A stretch of 64,000 bases of DNA from Verrucomicrobiota bacterium (GTDB taxonomy: Bacteria; Verrucomicrobiota; Verrucomicrobiia; Limisphaerales; UBA11358): positions 7,918 through 71,917 of the forward strand of contig JBEKMW010000007.1 of assembly GCA_049523455.1 (NCBI GenBank), in the 5' to 3' direction. A program made the position numbers and the translations under genes. Under the pieces are notes generated by a model, which was not told the origin of the DNA, ran no database searches, and saw only the letters and a list, made by a program, of their open reading frames with translations. This document shows, in pieces, positions 61,423 to 64,000 of this stretch (its first letter is position 1; each line of letters begins with the position of its first letter).

Positions 61423-64000
61423 ATGAAAACTTATATCACTGGTTGTTGGTTTCAGAAATCATTGTTTGCGTTGGCCGTTATCGGGCTGCTGTCGTGTGGC
61501 AACGCCCGGGCCAACATTGCCATACAGGATGGTTCGCCGCTGGTTTCGGTTGATGCCGTGGCCGCCACCGTGAGCACACCTTTTACAGTCACCGCCGGGG
61601 CCGACGTGCTGGTGGTTTGTCTGGCTGATAGAAATCAGTCATTAACGGCGGCCACCAATGGTGCCTCGCCTTCAAGCCTGTCGTGGGGGGCTCAAACCAT
61701 TTCCCGGGTGGTTTCGCAAAACAACTATGTCAGCCATTACGCCGACAGTGATATCTATGTCCTCTACAATCCCACTGCGGGCTCGAACACCATTACGGCC
61801 ACAGATACGACCGCGCAGACGCCTTCCATAATGACGATGCAAGTCTTTTCCTTGAACGGCGTCAACACCAGCATCCCCCCGGCCACTTACGGGGTTGGCA
61901 ACGCCGATATTGACGCCGTCGGCTTCCTCAATATGCCTGTGACCAACGTTGCGGGTGCCTGGGCGGCGGTGTGCGCCACCGCGGGTGACAACGGAGCCGG
62001 CCTGTCCATCACCTCGTCCAGTGGCACGACCAATTGGGTTGTTACCCAAGTCCAGCAGAGTCAAGTTTTGGGTGTGGTGCAAGATCTCACACCGGGCTCC
62101 AACTCCCTCACGGTGGTTGACCCGACGCAGAACGGCACGCAGGTTGGGTTTGCGGCTGCGCTATTCACGCCGTTGTCTTATGCGTTTACTCCGGCTCCCA
62201 CGAACGTGGTGGCGACGGGGCAGACGGGCTCGATCAAATTGACTTGGGATGATGCCACAGGGGGCGCCGCGACGAGCTATAACGTCTTGCGCTCAACGAC
62301 GAGCAGCGGCGGCTACGGCCGGATTGCGGTCACCACGGGCAACTCGGCGACCAATTACACCGATACCAGCGTGGTCAACTATGTCACCTATTATTATGAG
62401 GTGCAGGAAGTGGCTGCCAGCACCAGCGCCAATTCGGCGCCACCAGCCAGCGCTTACGCGGTGGGGGTGGAGCCGGCCCCGGTGGGTTTGGCAGTGTCGT
62501 CACTCAACGGCGCGGCGGGGTTGGTTTGGTACCCCTCCTTCGGCGCGACCGGCTATCAAGTCCTGCGCGCGACCAGCAACCCCGGCAGCCAGGCCAGCTA
62601 CAGCGTCATTGCCACTCCGACTATAGGTGTTTACACGAACACCGGTCTGGCCAACGGGACGACGTATTACTATGAAGTCGCTGCCGTGAACGGCTTTGGC
62701 ACGGGCACCCCTTCGGCCTACGTGAGCAGCACACCGGCGGTCCCCAACGCCGGCATCGCCGTGCATGACGGCGGGTTGAATTCCACCCAATATGTCGCCG
62801 GGTCATCAAGCATCAACTTGAATGTCGAGGTTACCCCGGGCGCCAACGCGCTGGTGGCGGCTTTGTATGACAACAACGGTGGTGACACTGACAACGCGTC
62901 GCCCCAATTCATGGTCTGGAGCAATTACTCCACGGGGACCACTCAGATTCTGACCCGGGCGGTTTCCGAGAATTCTGCCGGATACAATTATACGGATGCC
63001 GACCTTTATTACCTGTGGAATCCGGGGGCCGGCGCGGGTGTCGTTTCCGCCACGGATACGAATAGCGCCGTTCCGACCGCCATGCTCATGCAGGTCTATA
63101 GTCTGAGCGGCGTTGACACCACGAACTTCAATGGCGGGGTTCCTTACAGTGCCGGCGCCGACTCCTCTAGCGCCACAACCCTTCAGGTCACCACCCCGGC
63201 CAACACGCCGAATGGCTCATGGGCGCCAGTGATCAGCTTTAATTACAATGGCGGGGGCGGGAACTTCATCACCAATACGGCGAGCAGTGGCACCCCGATC
63301 GATTTTAACTTCCAGAAAGACGGGAACCAGAATAACCTGGGCTATATCGCCAATCTCATCGCCGGCTCGAGCACCATCACGGCTTCGGCCTCGGGCGGGC
63401 CCACACTGATGGCGCTGGCGGTTGAGGTCCTTGCGCCGGGCGCCGGCGGCACGCCCGCTCCCACCAACGTGGTGGCGACGGGGCAGCAAAACCAAGTGAC
63501 GTTAAAGTGGGATGATGCTTCCGGGGGCGCCGCGACGAGCTACACGGTATATCGTTCGACCAACAGCGGCACCGGCTTCACCTCGATGGTCACCAATAAT
63601 GGCAACGCTTCGACCAATTACCTCGACACCGCGGTAAGCGACTGGACGACGTATTATTACGTGGTGAAAGCCGGGAGCCCCAACGGCATCAGCCTGTTCT
63701 CGACGCCGGTGGCCAGCGCGATACCGACGGGCACACCCGGGACCGCTACGGCGTTGACGGCGACCAATGGCATCAACTCCGTGCTCTTAACCTGGAACGA
63801 CCTCGGCGCGACCAACTTCAACGTGTTGCGCGCCGCCAACACTCCCACAGGTTTTACCGTGGTGGCCAATGTGAACGGAAACGCTTACACGAACCCCGGT
63901 ACCGAAGCGACGCTGTATTACTATGAAGTGCAGCCCATCAACTTCTTCGGCACGGGCACCGTTTCGAGCGCGGTCAGCGCCATCCCCTGCGTGGCCTTCT
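61423..64000 (+). CDS. Second giant secreted paralogue (partial, runs off the window end); missing from ORF track
   Basis: I checked every codon in frame 1 from ATG 61423 to nt 64000 and found no stop. Signal peptide MKTYITGCWFQKSLFALAVIGLLSCGNARA. IAIQDGSPL..FTVTAGADVLVVCLADR..LSWGAQ..SDIYVLYNP..QVFSLNGVNT, plus FN3-like units (YNVLRSTTSSGGY..YYYEVQ). Confidence 0.85.
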   Translation, partial: MKTYITGCWFQKSLFALAVIGLLSCGNARANIAIQDGSPLVSVDAVAATVSTPFTVTAGADVLVVCLADRNQSLTAATNGASPSSLSWGAQTISRVVSQNNYVSHYADSDIYVLYNPTAGSNTITATDTTAQTPSIMTMQVFSLNGVNTSIPPATYGVGNADIDAVGFLNMPVTNVAGAWAAVCATAGDNGAGLSITSSSGTTNWVVTQVQQSQVLGVVQDLTPGSNSLTVVDPTQNGTQVGFAAALFTPLSYAFTPAPTNVVATGQTGSIKLTWDDATGGAATSYNVLRSTTSSGGYGRIAVTTGNSATNYTDTSVVNYVTYYYEVQEVAASTSANSAPPASAYAVGVEPAPVGLAVSSLNGAAGLVWYPSFGATGYQVLRATSNPGSQASYSVIATPTIGVYTNTGLANGTTYYYEVAAVNGFGTGTPSAYVSSTPAVPNAGIAVHDGGLNSTQYVAGSSSINLNVEVTPGANALVAALYDNNGGDTDNASPQFMVWSNYSTGTTQILTRAVSENSAGYNYTDADLYYLWNPGAGAGVVSATDTNSAVPTAMLMQVYSLSGVDTTNFNGGVPYSAGADSSSATTLQVTTPANTPNGSWAPVISFNYNGGGGNFITNTASSGTPIDFNFQKDGNQNNLGYIANLIAGSSTITASASGGPTLMALAVEVLAPGAGGTPAPTNVVATGQQNQVTLKWDDASGGAATSYTVYRSTNSGTGFTSMVTNNGNASTNYLDTAVSDWTTYYYVVKAGSPNGISLFSTPVASAIPTGTPGTATALTATNGINSVLLTWNDLGATNFNVLRAANTPTGFTVVANVNGNAYTNPGTEATLYYYEVQPINFFGTGTVSSAVSAIPCVAF

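Overview
This is a 64-kb GC-rich chromosomal segment. The protein idioms suggest a PVC-superphylum (Verrucomicrobiota-like) bacterium, which is inference only. Those idioms are a Minf_1886-like protein, a pseudopilin-like PNFIKARETSQRNACINNLRQLD module, and many signal-peptide proteins ending in a ...FYR-type tail. Housekeeping genes are proS, tRNA-Pro(CGG), trmB, proA, recO, ybeY, a phoH-like gene, a HIT gene, alr, a FAH-family gene and ferritin. They are interleaved with secreted GH16, GH9 and S8 enzymes, a fused M16 peptidase, a GntR-ABC module, GT-C-like membrane proteins, four type II TA pairs and two giant FN3-containing paralogues. One of those paralogues (61423 to window end) is absent from the ORF track. 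An eroded type I-C CRISPR-Cas remnant lies at 20.7-24.6 kb. It has a 37-nt repeat array, a truncated cas1, a cas4 and a 3' fragment of cas7, but no cas2, cas3, cas5 or cas8c. The most unusual signal is a dense, modular repeatome of REP-like hairpins, a 109-bp MITE with flanking direct repeats, heptamer 'stutter' tracts, a 10-bp phased array and an AT-rich palindromic motif seen only in the cas locus. These repeats have entered coding sequences while keeping the frame open (cas4, cas1, M16 peptidase). They also coincide with rearrangement joints: 208-bp chimeric cas7'/cas4' tandem units and a cas4-start fragment inside the CRISPR array. A frameshifted csrA sits next to an N-terminally truncated fliW. 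All calls rest on reading the sequence and recalling family motifs. No searches were run.
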